NCBI GenBank assembly: GCA_005786885.1
Contig: SYCR01000039.1
Span: 1 to 61,141, forward strand
Direction of reading: 5' to 3'
DNA length: 61,141 nt
From: Actinomycetota bacterium
GTDB lineage: Bacteria; Actinomycetota; Actinomycetes; Nanopelagicales; Nanopelagicaceae
Part shown: positions 53,024-61,141 of the stretch, piece by piece
Numbering within the stretch: the first letter of the stretch is position 1
Layout: every line of letters begins with the position of its first letter
The notes under the pieces: model-generated
Told to the model about the DNA's origin: nothing
Seen by the model: the letters and a program-made list of their open reading frames with translations, nothing else
Database searches by the model: none
Program-made: the position numbers and the translations under genes

Positions 53024-53037
53024 CAACACTATCGTTG
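53024..53037 (+). promoter_or_regulatory. candidate SufR operator (CAAC-N6-GTTG palindrome)
   Basis: A perfect CAACactatcGTTG palindrome sits in the ctaA/sufR divergent spacer and ends on the sufR GTG start. The pattern equals the SufR box consensus I recall from cyanobacterial and Streptomyces work. A 14-nt pattern can also arise by chance. Confidence 0.4.
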
Positions 53038-53681
53038 TGAAAAACGAAGAGCTCCGGACTCGAGAGGTTATCGCTCGCGCCATCCTTGAAAATGGCCCGG
53101 CAACGGCTGCTCAATTGGCAGATCGGCTTGGAATTACCCCAGCTGGCATCCGTCGGCACCTAGATTCACTTGTAAATGAAGGAACACTTCAAGCGAGGGA
53201 ACCAAAGATCGGCAGCAGCACCATCGGACGAGGCCGCCCGGCAAAAGTATTTGTAATGAGCGACTTTGGACGTTCACAATTTGAGCACTCTTATGACGAC
53301 TTAGCTATCTCTGCTCTCAGATTTATGGCCGCTGCATCTGGCACATCTGGAAGCGTTGCTCCATTCGCAAGACATCGAGCCCAAGAGATGGAAAAGAAGA
53401 TTGCCAGCGATGCTCAAGTTTCGGTAAATGATTTAGTTGAATTCTTAAGTGCAGAAGGGTATGCAGCTAGTTCGCATGAAATGGGTGCCGGCATTGAACT
53501 TTGCCAACACCATTGCCCAATAGCCCACGTTGCTTCGGAATTTCCGGAAATTTGCGAAGCAGAGACTGAACTATTCTCAAAACTTCTCGGGACTCACGTT
53601 CAGAGATTGGCCACTGTTGCTCATGGCGACGGTGTTTGCACAACTTTTGTTCCAATAACTTTAACAAGCACTGCTAAATAA
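53037..53681 (+). CDS. sufR: SufR-like winged-helix transcriptional regulator of the suf operon
   Basis: 214 aa with an N-terminal wHTH ([23 protein letters not shown]) and C-terminal Cys residues (CQHHCP...ICEAE...GVC) suited to Fe-S sensing. It lies immediately upstream of sufB. Confidence 0.8.
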   Translation: MKNEELRTREVIARAILENGPATAAQLADRLGITPAGIRRHLDSLVNEGTLQAREPKIGSSTIGRGRPAKVFVMSDFGRSQFEHSYDDLAISALRFMAAASGTSGSVAPFARHRAQEMEKKIASDAQVSVNDLVEFLSAEGYAASSHEMGAGIELCQHHCPIAHVASEFPEICEAETELFSKLLGTHVQRLATVAHGDGVCTTFVPITLTSTAK

Positions 53682-53695
53682 CCAGGAGAGAGAAA

Positions 53696-55108
53696 ATGAC
53701 ATCAATCGCACATCCAGAGCTAGACGGTATTGGAAATTATGAGTTTGGATGGTCAGATAAAAGCGATGCGGGTACAAACGCGAAACGTGGCTTGAACGAA
53801 GATGTAGTTCGCGACATTTCAGCGAAGAAAAGCGAACCGCAGTGGATGCTTGATTTGAGATTAAAAGGATTAAAACTATTCGAAAAGAAGCCAATGCCAA
53901 ATTGGGGATCGGATCTTTCGGGAATATTTTTCGATCAAATTAAATACTTCGTTAGATCAACAGAAAAGCAAGCTGCAACTTGGGAAGATCTTCCAGATGA
54001 AATCAAAAACACATATGACCGTCTTGGAATCCCTGAAGCAGAAAAACAAAGATTAGTTTCAGGCGTAGCTGCGCAATATGAGTCTGAAGTTGTTTACCAC
54101 TCAATTCGTGAAGATTTAGAAGCTCAAGGAGTGCTCTTCTTAGATACAGATACAGCACTGCGCGAGCACGAAGATATTTTCAAAGAGTATTTCGGAACCG
54201 TAATTCCGGTCGGCGATAACAAATTTGCTGCGTTGAATACATCCGTATGGTCTGGTGGGTCTTTTGTTTACATCCCCAAGGGCGTTCATGTCGAGATTCC
54301 ATTGCAAGCATACTTCCGTATTAATACCGAAAACATGGGTCAGTTCGAACGTACTTTGATCATTGCAGATGAAGGTTCATATGTTCATTATGTAGAAGGC
54401 TGTACAGCGCCTATCTACTCTTCTGATTCTTTACACTCTGCTGTAGTAGAAATTATTGTAAAGAAAGATGCACGTGTGCGTTATACGACCATTCAAAACT
54501 GGTCTAACAACGTTTACAACTTAGTAACCAAGCGTGCTGTCTGTCACGAAGGTGCAACCATGGAATGGATCGATGGAAATATCGGATCTAAAGTCACCAT
54601 GAAATACCCAGCAGTTTTCATGATGGGTGCACATTCCAAGGGCGAGACACTTTCCATTGCATTTGCAGGAGAAGGACAACATCAAGATGCCGGCGCAAAG
54701 ATGGTTCACGCAGCGCCTTATACATCTTCAACAATTATTTCAAAATCCGTTGCACGTGGGGGAGGACGTACCTCATACCGTGGATTAGTTCAAGTGCAAG
54801 AAGGTGCACATCATTCAAAGAGCACCGTCAAATGTGATGCACTTTTAATTGACACCATCTCAAGATCTGATACTTATCCTTATGTGGATGTTCGTGAAGA
54901 TGATGTTGAGATGGGTCACGAAGCAACAGTCTCAAGAATTAGTGATGATCAACTCTTCTACTTAATGTCTCGCGGTCTTGGCGAAGATGAAGCGATGGCA
55001 ATGATCGTCCGTGGATTTATTGAGCCAATTGCTCGTGAATTACCTATGGAGTACGCACTTGAGCTAAATCGTCTCATTGAAATGCAGATGGAAGGGGCTG
55101 TTGGTTAA
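53696..55108 (+). CDS. sufB: Fe-S cluster assembly protein SufB
   Basis: 470 aa, with no intein interruption evident, and strongly conserved SufB motifs ([31 protein letters not shown]....LP.EYA.ELN). Confidence 0.97.
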   Translation: MTSIAHPELDGIGNYEFGWSDKSDAGTNAKRGLNEDVVRDISAKKSEPQWMLDLRLKGLKLFEKKPMPNWGSDLSGIFFDQIKYFVRSTEKQAATWEDLPDEIKNTYDRLGIPEAEKQRLVSGVAAQYESEVVYHSIREDLEAQGVLFLDTDTALREHEDIFKEYFGTVIPVGDNKFAALNTSVWSGGSFVYIPKGVHVEIPLQAYFRINTENMGQFERTLIIADEGSYVHYVEGCTAPIYSSDSLHSAVVEIIVKKDARVRYTTIQNWSNNVYNLVTKRAVCHEGATMEWIDGNIGSKVTMKYPAVFMMGAHSKGETLSIAFAGEGQHQDAGAKMVHAAPYTSSTIISKSVARGGGRTSYRGLVQVQEGAHHSKSTVKCDALLIDTISRSDTYPYVDVREDDVEMGHEATVSRISDDQLFYLMSRGLGEDEAMAMIVRGFIEPIARELPMEYALELNRLIEMQMEGAVG

Positions 55109-56193
55109 TGACAGCACTTGCATCAAATTATTTAACTCCAGGACCACGCGATGAAGATTGGCGCTTTACTCCGCTTAATCGTTTAGCAGGTTTGCATGAT
55201 GGAAGTGCAGTAACTGGAACTCCAATGGTTCGAAATGTTTCGGAAAATAGTGGGGTTCTAGTTTCAACAATTCCTAACCAAAGCGTTCCATCCAGGATTA
55301 TTTCAACTGACGCAGTTGCATTAAGAACTATTGAAAATGCCACGGATATTTTGAAAATAGAAATTTCAAAAGAGACATCAGTGTCTGAACCAATTTTTAT
55401 CGATCGAACTGGGTCTTCGAATGTTGGAGCAAATTACGAGAGAATTATTATTTCGGTTGGCGCTTTTTCAAAAGCCACTGTAATTATTCAAAATAGTGGT
55501 TCTGCAAATTTGGCCGAAGATATTGAAATGGAGTTAGGAAATAGCAGCGACTTAACCTTCATATCTTTACAAGAGTGGTCCAATGATTCTGTTCACTTGG
55601 GCCGCCACCAAGCGATTGTGGGACCAGACGCTCACCTAACTTCAATTGAAGTTTCATTGGGCGGTTCGTTAGTGCGCTTACTTCCTCGTGTTGATTTTGA
55701 ATGCAGCGGTGGTTCAGTGGATCTTTATGGTCTTTACTTTGCTGGAAGCGAGCAACACTTAGAGCATCGCGTCCATGTCGAGCACTCAACCCCAAATTGT
55801 CGCTCGCGCGTGAGTTATAAAGGTGCACTGCTTGGGGAAAACGCACGTACCGTTTGGTTTGGCGATGTAGCAATTCGCGCTGAAGCAGAAGGAACGGATA
55901 CTTATGAAGTAAATCGGAATTTGTTACTTTCTGATGGAGCACGCGCAGACTCAGTCCCAAATCTAGAGATTGAAACCGGTGAGATTGTCGGAGCAGGCCA
56001 TGCCAGCACCACCGGACGATTTGATGATGAGCAGTTGTTTTATTTGATGGCTCGTGGAATCGATGAGACTGAGGCAAGACGTTTGGTTATTCGTGGATTT
56101 TTTGCTGAGCTACTTAGAAATATTAAAAACGAAGTGATCGAAACAAGATTGATCGATCACATCGATCGCGAGCTTGGAAAAGTTTCCTCATGA
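55108..56193 (+). CDS. sufD: Fe-S cluster assembly protein SufD
   Basis: 361 aa SufBD-family beta-helix (P.LEI....V....HAST.GR.D.EQLFYL..RGI). ATGA overlap with sufB. Confidence 0.9.
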   Translation: MTALASNYLTPGPRDEDWRFTPLNRLAGLHDGSAVTGTPMVRNVSENSGVLVSTIPNQSVPSRIISTDAVALRTIENATDILKIEISKETSVSEPIFIDRTGSSNVGANYERIIISVGAFSKATVIIQNSGSANLAEDIEMELGNSSDLTFISLQEWSNDSVHLGRHQAIVGPDAHLTSIEVSLGGSLVRLLPRVDFECSGGSVDLYGLYFAGSEQHLEHRVHVEHSTPNCRSRVSYKGALLGENARTVWFGDVAIRAEAEGTDTYEVNRNLLLSDGARADSVPNLEIETGEIVGAGHASTTGRFDDEQLFYLMARGIDETEARRLVIRGFFAELLRNIKNEVIETRLIDHIDRELGKVSS

Positions 56194-56519
56194 GTGCATT
56201 CGAAGTTGACTTCAATACATTAGTCGAGGGTAAGCCTATGAAAATCATGGTCGACTCAACTCCAGTTTGCCTTGTCAAAATTAAAGATGAGGTTTTTGCT
56301 GTTGAAGATACCTGCTCTCATGCAGATGCCTCACTCAGCGAAGGTGAATTAAATGGGTATCGAATTGAATGCTGGCTACATGGTGCCGAGTTTGATGTCA
56401 GAACAGGGGAAGCAGTAGTTCCTCCGGCGGTCACACCTCTCAAGCGTTTTTTTGTTGAAAGAAATTCCGATCGATTATTAATTACTCATTCAAATACCCA
56501 AGTTAAGGAAAATTCATGA
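56190..56519 (+). CDS. Rieske [2Fe-2S] ferredoxin-like protein
   Basis: 109 aa with the Rieske motifs CSH (CSHADASL) and CxxH (CWLHGAEF). It overlaps both neighbouring genes. Confidence 0.85.
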   Translation: MSAFEVDFNTLVEGKPMKIMVDSTPVCLVKIKDEVFAVEDTCSHADASLSEGELNGYRIECWLHGAEFDVRTGEAVVPPAVTPLKRFFVERNSDRLLITHSNTQVKENS

Positions 56520-57268
56520 CAACTCTAGTTATTAAGAATTTACAAGTTTCAGTAAATGCAGATGGTGGCATGCGTGAGATTTTGCGCGGAGTTGACATAA
56601 CCATTAATAGCGGGGAGACACATGCAATCATGGGTCCGAACGGCTCTGGAAAATCCACTCTTGCCTACTCAATTGCTGGACACCCTAAATACACGATCAC
56701 TGGCGGCCAAGTAACACTGGATGGCATAGATGTTTTAGAGATGAGTGTTGATGAGCGTGCTCGCGCCGGTCTGTTCTTGGCGATGCAGTATCCAGTTGAA
56801 GTTCCAGGAGTATCTGTCTCAAACTTTTTAAGAACTGCCGCGACAGCAATGCGAGGAGAAGCACCAAAAGTTCGTACCTGGATTGGTGAAGTTAAAGATG
56901 CGATGAGTGCATTGGGCATGGATCCAACATTTTCTGAGCGCAGCGTTAATGAAGGTTTCTCTGGCGGAGAAAAGAAACGTCATGAGATCTTGCAACTTGA
57001 ATTGCTTAAACCAAAAATTGCGATCTTGGATGAAACTGACTCAGGGTTAGATGTGGATGCTCTCCGAATTGTTTCAGAAGGAGTAAACCGCATTCGTGAA
57101 AAAAACGATATGGGCGTAATGTTGATTACCCACTACACCAGAATCTTGAAATATATAAAACCGGATTTTGTGCACGTTTTTGCGGGCGGAAAAATTGTGG
57201 AACAAGGTGGAGCAGATCTTGCTGATCGCCTTGAGGCAAATGGTTACGCCGAATATACGACTGCGTAA
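56516..57268 (+). CDS. sufC: Fe-S cluster assembly ATPase SufC
   Basis: 250 aa with Walker A GPNGSGKST, signature FSGGEKKR and Walker B ILDETDSGLD. Confidence 0.97.
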   Translation: MTTLVIKNLQVSVNADGGMREILRGVDITINSGETHAIMGPNGSGKSTLAYSIAGHPKYTITGGQVTLDGIDVLEMSVDERARAGLFLAMQYPVEVPGVSVSNFLRTAATAMRGEAPKVRTWIGEVKDAMSALGMDPTFSERSVNEGFSGGEKKRHEILQLELLKPKIAILDETDSGLDVDALRIVSEGVNRIREKNDMGVMLITHYTRILKYIKPDFVHVFAGGKIVEQGGADLADRLEANGYAEYTTA

Positions 57269-57279
57269 AGAGTATTAAA

Positions 57280-58533
57280 ATGGCGTTACTAGACACGAAT
57301 GTAATTCGTAGAGATTTTCCGATCTTGGGAAGAACTGTACGCAATGGGAAAAAATTGGTGTATCTAGATAGTGCTGCCACAAGCCAAAAACCTTTGAGCG
57401 TTCTCGATGCTGAGAGAAATTTTTACTTAAATCACAACGCAGCCGCACATAGAGGTGCGCATTTACTGGCCGAGGAAGCAACAGATGCATTTGAGGGTGC
57501 TCGCGCAGTAGTTGCAGATTTTATTTCTGCGCAAAGTTCAGAAATTGTTTTTACAAAGAGTGCTACCGAATCCATAAACGTAGTTTCATATGGATTCTCA
57601 AATCACCTTCCGAAGAACGATCCGTTTTACATTAATGAGCAAAACAACATTGTGGTCACACAACTGGAGCATCACGCGAACCTCTTGCCGTGGCAGCAGT
57701 TAGCAAAAAGAAGCGGAGCAAAGTTATCTTGGCTTGGTATTACAAAAGATGCTCAGATAGATATTTCAAATATTGAATCAGTGATAAATGAAAAAACAAA
57801 AATCGTGGCAATTACTCATCAATCAAATGTTTCAGGAGCAATTACTCAATTAGAACCGATAGTCAAAAGAGCACGCGAAGTTGGAGCCATCGTCCTATTA
57901 GATGCCTGTCAATCTGTGCCACACATGGCAGTTGATGTGAATAATTTAGATGTGGATTTCCTGACTTACTCTGGCCACAAGGCTGTCGGGCCGACTGGTG
58001 TTGGAGTTCTTTGGGGGAGAAGTGAGTTGCTGGAGAAAATGGAGCCCATGATTACTGGTGGTTCCATGATTGACCATGCCACTATTGAAAGTGCAACTTG
58101 GGCAAAAGCACCAAAGAAATTTGAAGCGGGTGTACCCAATATGGCGCAAGCAGTTGGTTTAGGGGCAGCCTTAAATTACTTAAGTAAAATAGGAATGGAA
58201 AAAATCCACGAACATGAGGAAATTCTGGTTGAAAGAGCATTGAGCGGATTGAAAAATATTTCAGGAGTGGAAATTATCGGTTCGAAAAGTTCACTGAACC
58301 GAGGCAGTGCCATCTCTTTCACTATCGAAGGAGTACATCCGCATGATGTTGGGCAAGTATTAGATGATTTAGGGATCGCTGTTAGGACCGGTCATCACTG
58401 TGCTTGGCCATTAATGCAAGAATTGAAATTGAATGCAACAACTAGAGCTTCGTTCTATTTATATAACACTCCAGAAGAAGTCGATATTTTTCTAGATGGC
58501 GTGAATCAAGTGAAGAAATTTTTTAAGGTTTAA
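57280..58533 (+). CDS. sufS: cysteine desulfurase SufS (group II)
   Basis: 417 aa with YLD.AATSQKP, the PLP Lys in SGHK and an active-site region RTGHHCA.P. Confidence 0.95.
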   Translation: MALLDTNVIRRDFPILGRTVRNGKKLVYLDSAATSQKPLSVLDAERNFYLNHNAAAHRGAHLLAEEATDAFEGARAVVADFISAQSSEIVFTKSATESINVVSYGFSNHLPKNDPFYINEQNNIVVTQLEHHANLLPWQQLAKRSGAKLSWLGITKDAQIDISNIESVINEKTKIVAITHQSNVSGAITQLEPIVKRAREVGAIVLLDACQSVPHMAVDVNNLDVDFLTYSGHKAVGPTGVGVLWGRSELLEKMEPMITGGSMIDHATIESATWAKAPKKFEAGVPNMAQAVGLGAALNYLSKIGMEKIHEHEEILVERALSGLKNISGVEIIGSKSSLNRGSAISFTIEGVHPHDVGQVLDDLGIAVRTGHHCAWPLMQELKLNATTRASFYLYNTPEEVDIFLDGVNQVKKFFKV

Positions 58534-58535
58534 CG

Positions 58536-58976
58536 ATGAGTCTAGAATCCCTTTATCAAGAAATTATTCTTGATCATTACAAACGGCCGAAAAATAAAGT
58601 TTTGCAAGACGCCTACTCAGTGGAAGTCCATCATAATAATCCCAGCTGTGGCGATGAAATAACCCTTCGAGTTCAGGTTGAAAATCAAATTATTAAGCAA
58701 CTGAGTTGGGATGGTGTTGGCTGCTCAATATCTCAAGCTAGTTCATCTGTCATGAGCGAGTTGACACAAGGTGTTTCCATCGAAAAAGCCTTGGGATTAG
58801 AAGTATCTTTCCTAGAATTAATGCAAGGTAAAGGCCAAGTTGAAGCAGATGAGGAAGAGCTAGAGGATGCCGTTGCATTTTCAGGGGTTGCACGTTACCC
58901 AGCCCGGGTAAAGTGTGCCTTGCTAAGTTGGATGGCGCTGAAAGACGCGCTCTTGAGAGCTGGAGGAAGTAAATGA
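58536..58976 (+). CDS. sufU: SufU-type Fe-S/sulfur transfer scaffold
   Basis: 146 aa with NPSCGDE, GCSISQAS and R.KCALL motifs. Confidence 0.9.
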   Translation: MSLESLYQEIILDHYKRPKNKVLQDAYSVEVHHNNPSCGDEITLRVQVENQIIKQLSWDGVGCSISQASSSVMSELTQGVSIEKALGLEVSFLELMQGKGQVEADEEELEDAVAFSGVARYPARVKCALLSWMALKDALLRAGGSK

Positions 58977-59284
58977 CCGCATCTGTTGAAGATCTAACTG
59001 AAGCAATGAAAGATGTTGTAGATCCAGAATTAGGAATTAATGTTGTGGATCTCGGATTGGTTTATGGCGTAAGTATTGATGATGCAAATATCTGCACATT
59101 GGACATGACACTTACTTCAGCGGCATGTCCGTTGACAGATGTGATTGAAGATCAAACTAGACGTGCATTAGATGGACTGTCTGATGATGTGCGTATCAAC
59201 TGGGTGTGGATGCCACCTTGGGGACCTGACAAGATAACTGATTCAGGAAGAGAGCAATTACGCGCTCTAGGATTCACCGTATAG
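58973..59284 (+). CDS. DUF59/SufT-like metal-sulfur cluster assembly factor
   Basis: 103 aa with DPELGINVVDLGL.Y and LTS.ACP motifs. This is the terminal gene of the suf operon. Confidence 0.85.
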   Translation: MTASVEDLTEAMKDVVDPELGINVVDLGLVYGVSIDDANICTLDMTLTSAACPLTDVIEDQTRRALDGLSDDVRINWVWMPPWGPDKITDSGREQLRALGFTV

Positions 59285-59294
59285 GGTTAACGAA

Positions 59295-61141
59295 ATGTCG
59301 ATGCATGCACCTTGGATGACTTTGCGTGCAATGACGCAAGATCAATCAGTCAAAAATGTATCTTTAAAACCAGAAACAATTAAGAGAATTTTCAACTTTG
59401 CAAAACCGTATCAAAAGCAAATATCTATTTTTATATTAACTGTAATCATTGATTCTGTACTTGTAATCGCAACGCCTCTGCTATTCGCAAGACTTATAGA
59501 TAAAGGTGTCTTGCTCCAAAATGGAAAGCTGGTTACAACACTCGCGTTTATTATCGCCGGATTAGCCTTGCTCGAATCTGCCGTTAGTTTAATTGGACGG
59601 TATCTAAGTTCTAGAGTTGGCGAAGGATTGATCTACGATCTTCGTTCGAAAGTATTCGATCATGTACAAAGGCAATCAATTGCTTTCTTCACTCGAACTC
59701 AAACCGGAGCGCTGATATCGCGGATTAACTCTGATGTAATGGGAGCTCAGCAGGCATTTACTTCGACATTATCAGGCGTGGTTTCAAATGGCCTAAGTGT
59801 TGTCTTGGTTCTTGGAGCGATGTTTTTTCTCTCTTGGAAAATAACCGTCATCTCACTGGTGCTAGTGCCGATGTTTCTAATTCCATCCCGTTGGATTGGA
59901 AAGAAAATTCAAGGTTTGGCTCGGAATGCCATGTCAGGGAATGCCGAAATGGGCGCGACCATGAATGAAAGATTTAACGTTTCAGGCGCACTACTAGTCA
60001 TGCTTTATGGCAGTTACGACAAAGAATCAAAAACCTTTCGTAAAAAGGCTCGAAGAGTGGCTGATATTGGAATACAGATGGCATTTCTAAACAGATTATT
60101 TTTTGTTGGCTTAATGACAGTCGCGTCAATAGCCACCGCGATCACTTATGGAGTAGGTGGGCAGTTAGTTATTTCTAAAAGTATGTCAGTGGGTACCTTG
60201 CTCGCACTTTCGGCACTTCTGGCCCGGCTTTATGGTCCGTTGACTGCTTTGGCTAATGTTCGCGTAGATGTAATGACGGCGCTGGTTTCATTTGAAAGAG
60301 TTTTCGAAGTTTTGGATTTAGAGCCAATGGTGCGTGATGGCAGTAACCCAAAGGATCTGCCTAACACTTCTCCAAAAATCGTTTTTGATAAAGTGGCATT
60401 CACCTATCCAAGAGCAGAAGAGATTTCACTAGCATCGCTTGAGAGTGCTGCTAAAAGTGAAACGATCGCATCAGGGGAAGTGCTAAAGGAAATTTCCTTT
60501 ACTGTAGAACCAGGACAGATGGTTGCTCTGGTCGGACCATCAGGTGCAGGGAAAACTACTATTATTTCTTTGCTGCCAAGATTGTTTGATGTTTCTAGTG
60601 GTTCAATTTCAGTTAATGGAATCGATGTACGTGACCTAAAACTAGATTCTCTTCGTCATGCAATTGGTTCAGTTATGCAAGATCCACATCTGTTTCATGA
60701 CACGATTGACGAAAATCTTAGGTATGCAAAACCTGATGCAACGGCTAGTGAAATAGAGGCCGCATGTCGATCTGCACAGATTTGGGATTTAATTCTCTCT
60801 TTGCCAAACGGGGTGGACACCATGGTTGGAGAGCGTGGTTATAGATTGTCAGGTGGGGAAAAAGCACGCTTAGCTATTGCTAGATTGTTATTGAAAGATC
60901 CACAAATAGTTTTACTTGATGAGGCAACTGCTCACCTTGATTCAGAAAATGAAGCGTTGGTACAAAGTGCTATTCGAGAAGTACTCAAGGACAGAACTAG
61001 CCTAGTTATCGCTCATCGACTTTCAACAATTATTTCAGCTGATCAAATTTTGGTTATTGAAGAGGGTAAAGTTGTCGAACGTGGAACACACGAAGAATTG
61101 ATTAGTACTGGTGGACTGTATTCAGAGTTGTACGCTCGACA
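59295..61141 (+). CDS. ABC exporter, fused permease/ATPase (MsbA/MdlB-like), 3' end beyond the window
   Basis: Not in the ORF track because the frame is still open at the window edge. Hand translation from the ATG at 59295 (MSMHAPWMTLRAM..) gives a six-TM domain followed by Walker A GPSGAGKTT, signature LSGGEKARLAIAR and Walker B VLLDEATAHLD. Confidence 0.85.
   Translation, partial: MSMHAPWMTLRAMTQDQSVKNVSLKPETIKRIFNFAKPYQKQISIFILTVIIDSVLVIATPLLFARLIDKGVLLQNGKLVTTLAFIIAGLALLESAVSLIGRYLSSRVGEGLIYDLRSKVFDHVQRQSIAFFTRTQTGALISRINSDVMGAQQAFTSTLSGVVSNGLSVVLVLGAMFFLSWKITVISLVLVPMFLIPSRWIGKKIQGLARNAMSGNAEMGATMNERFNVSGALLVMLYGSYDKESKTFRKKARRVADIGIQMAFLNRLFFVGLMTVASIATAITYGVGGQLVISKSMSVGTLLALSALLARLYGPLTALANVRVDVMTALVSFERVFEVLDLEPMVRDGSNPKDLPNTSPKIVFDKVAFTYPRAEEISLASLESAAKSETIASGEVLKEISFTVEPGQMVALVGPSGAGKTTIISLLPRLFDVSSGSISVNGIDVRDLKLDSLRHAIGSVMQDPHLFHDTIDENLRYAKPDATASEIEAACRSAQIWDLILSLPNGVDTMVGERGYRLSGGEKARLAIARLLLKDPQIVLLDEATAHLDSENEALVQSAIREVLKDRTSLVIAHRLSTIISADQILVIEEGKVVERGTHEELISTGGLYSELYAR

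Noticed and set aside
56190-56519. Rieske ferredoxin gene that appears to be inserted into the suf operon
   Set aside because: This arrangement (sufB-sufD-Rieske-sufC) is, to my knowledge, common in non-mycobacterial Actinobacteria, so it is not novel here.

Overview
This is a gene-dense and mostly conserved chromosomal segment. I infer a low-GC, genome-streamlined actinobacterium, probably a freshwater acI/Nanopelagicales-like lineage. The basis is the actinobacterial markers whiA, rbpA, pdtaR, a PriA-type hisA, a sufR-suf operon containing a Rieske gene, and a heliorhodopsin whose motif layout matches the freshwater actinobacterial prototype as I recall it.

Gene order:
- his/trp block: hisA(priA)-hisF-hisI-trpE-(small membrane ORFs)-trpC-trpB-trpA, followed by a MauE-like/DsbA-like pair, lgt and a VIT-family transporter
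- gltBD and pyk
- an accessory-looking stretch at about 16.7-24.6 kb: an orphan secreted Cys-rich protein, an SDR, a heliorhodopsin/DUF2256/FeS-photolyase operon, an odd tRNA, the ANTAR regulator pdtaR, a Liv-type binding protein and a methyltransferase
- livFGMH on the opposite strand, then a hotdog thioesterase
- polA-rpsA-coaE-uvrB-uvrA-uvrC-rapZ-yvcK-whiA-gap-pgk-tpiA-secG-rbpA
- tkt-tal-pgi (minus strand) and ctaA
- sufR-sufB-sufD-Rieske-sufC-sufS-sufU-DUF59
- a 3'-truncated ABC exporter

I saw no CRISPR array, IS element, integrase, prophage or recognisable defence system.

The two most interesting loci are:
- a three-gene light module in which heliorhodopsin is followed by a 47-aa zinc-ribbon ORF missing from the ORF track, which is translationally coupled to an Fe-S (6-4)-type photolyase
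- an immediately adjacent 73-nt tRNA that folds by hand with a CAA (Leu) anticodon and Leu-like D-arm and tertiary features, but lacks the long variable arm of bacterial tRNA-Leu

All family assignments come from motif recognition by eye. Hand-derived coordinates (small ORFs, tRNA, hairpins, revised starts) may be off by 1-2 nt.
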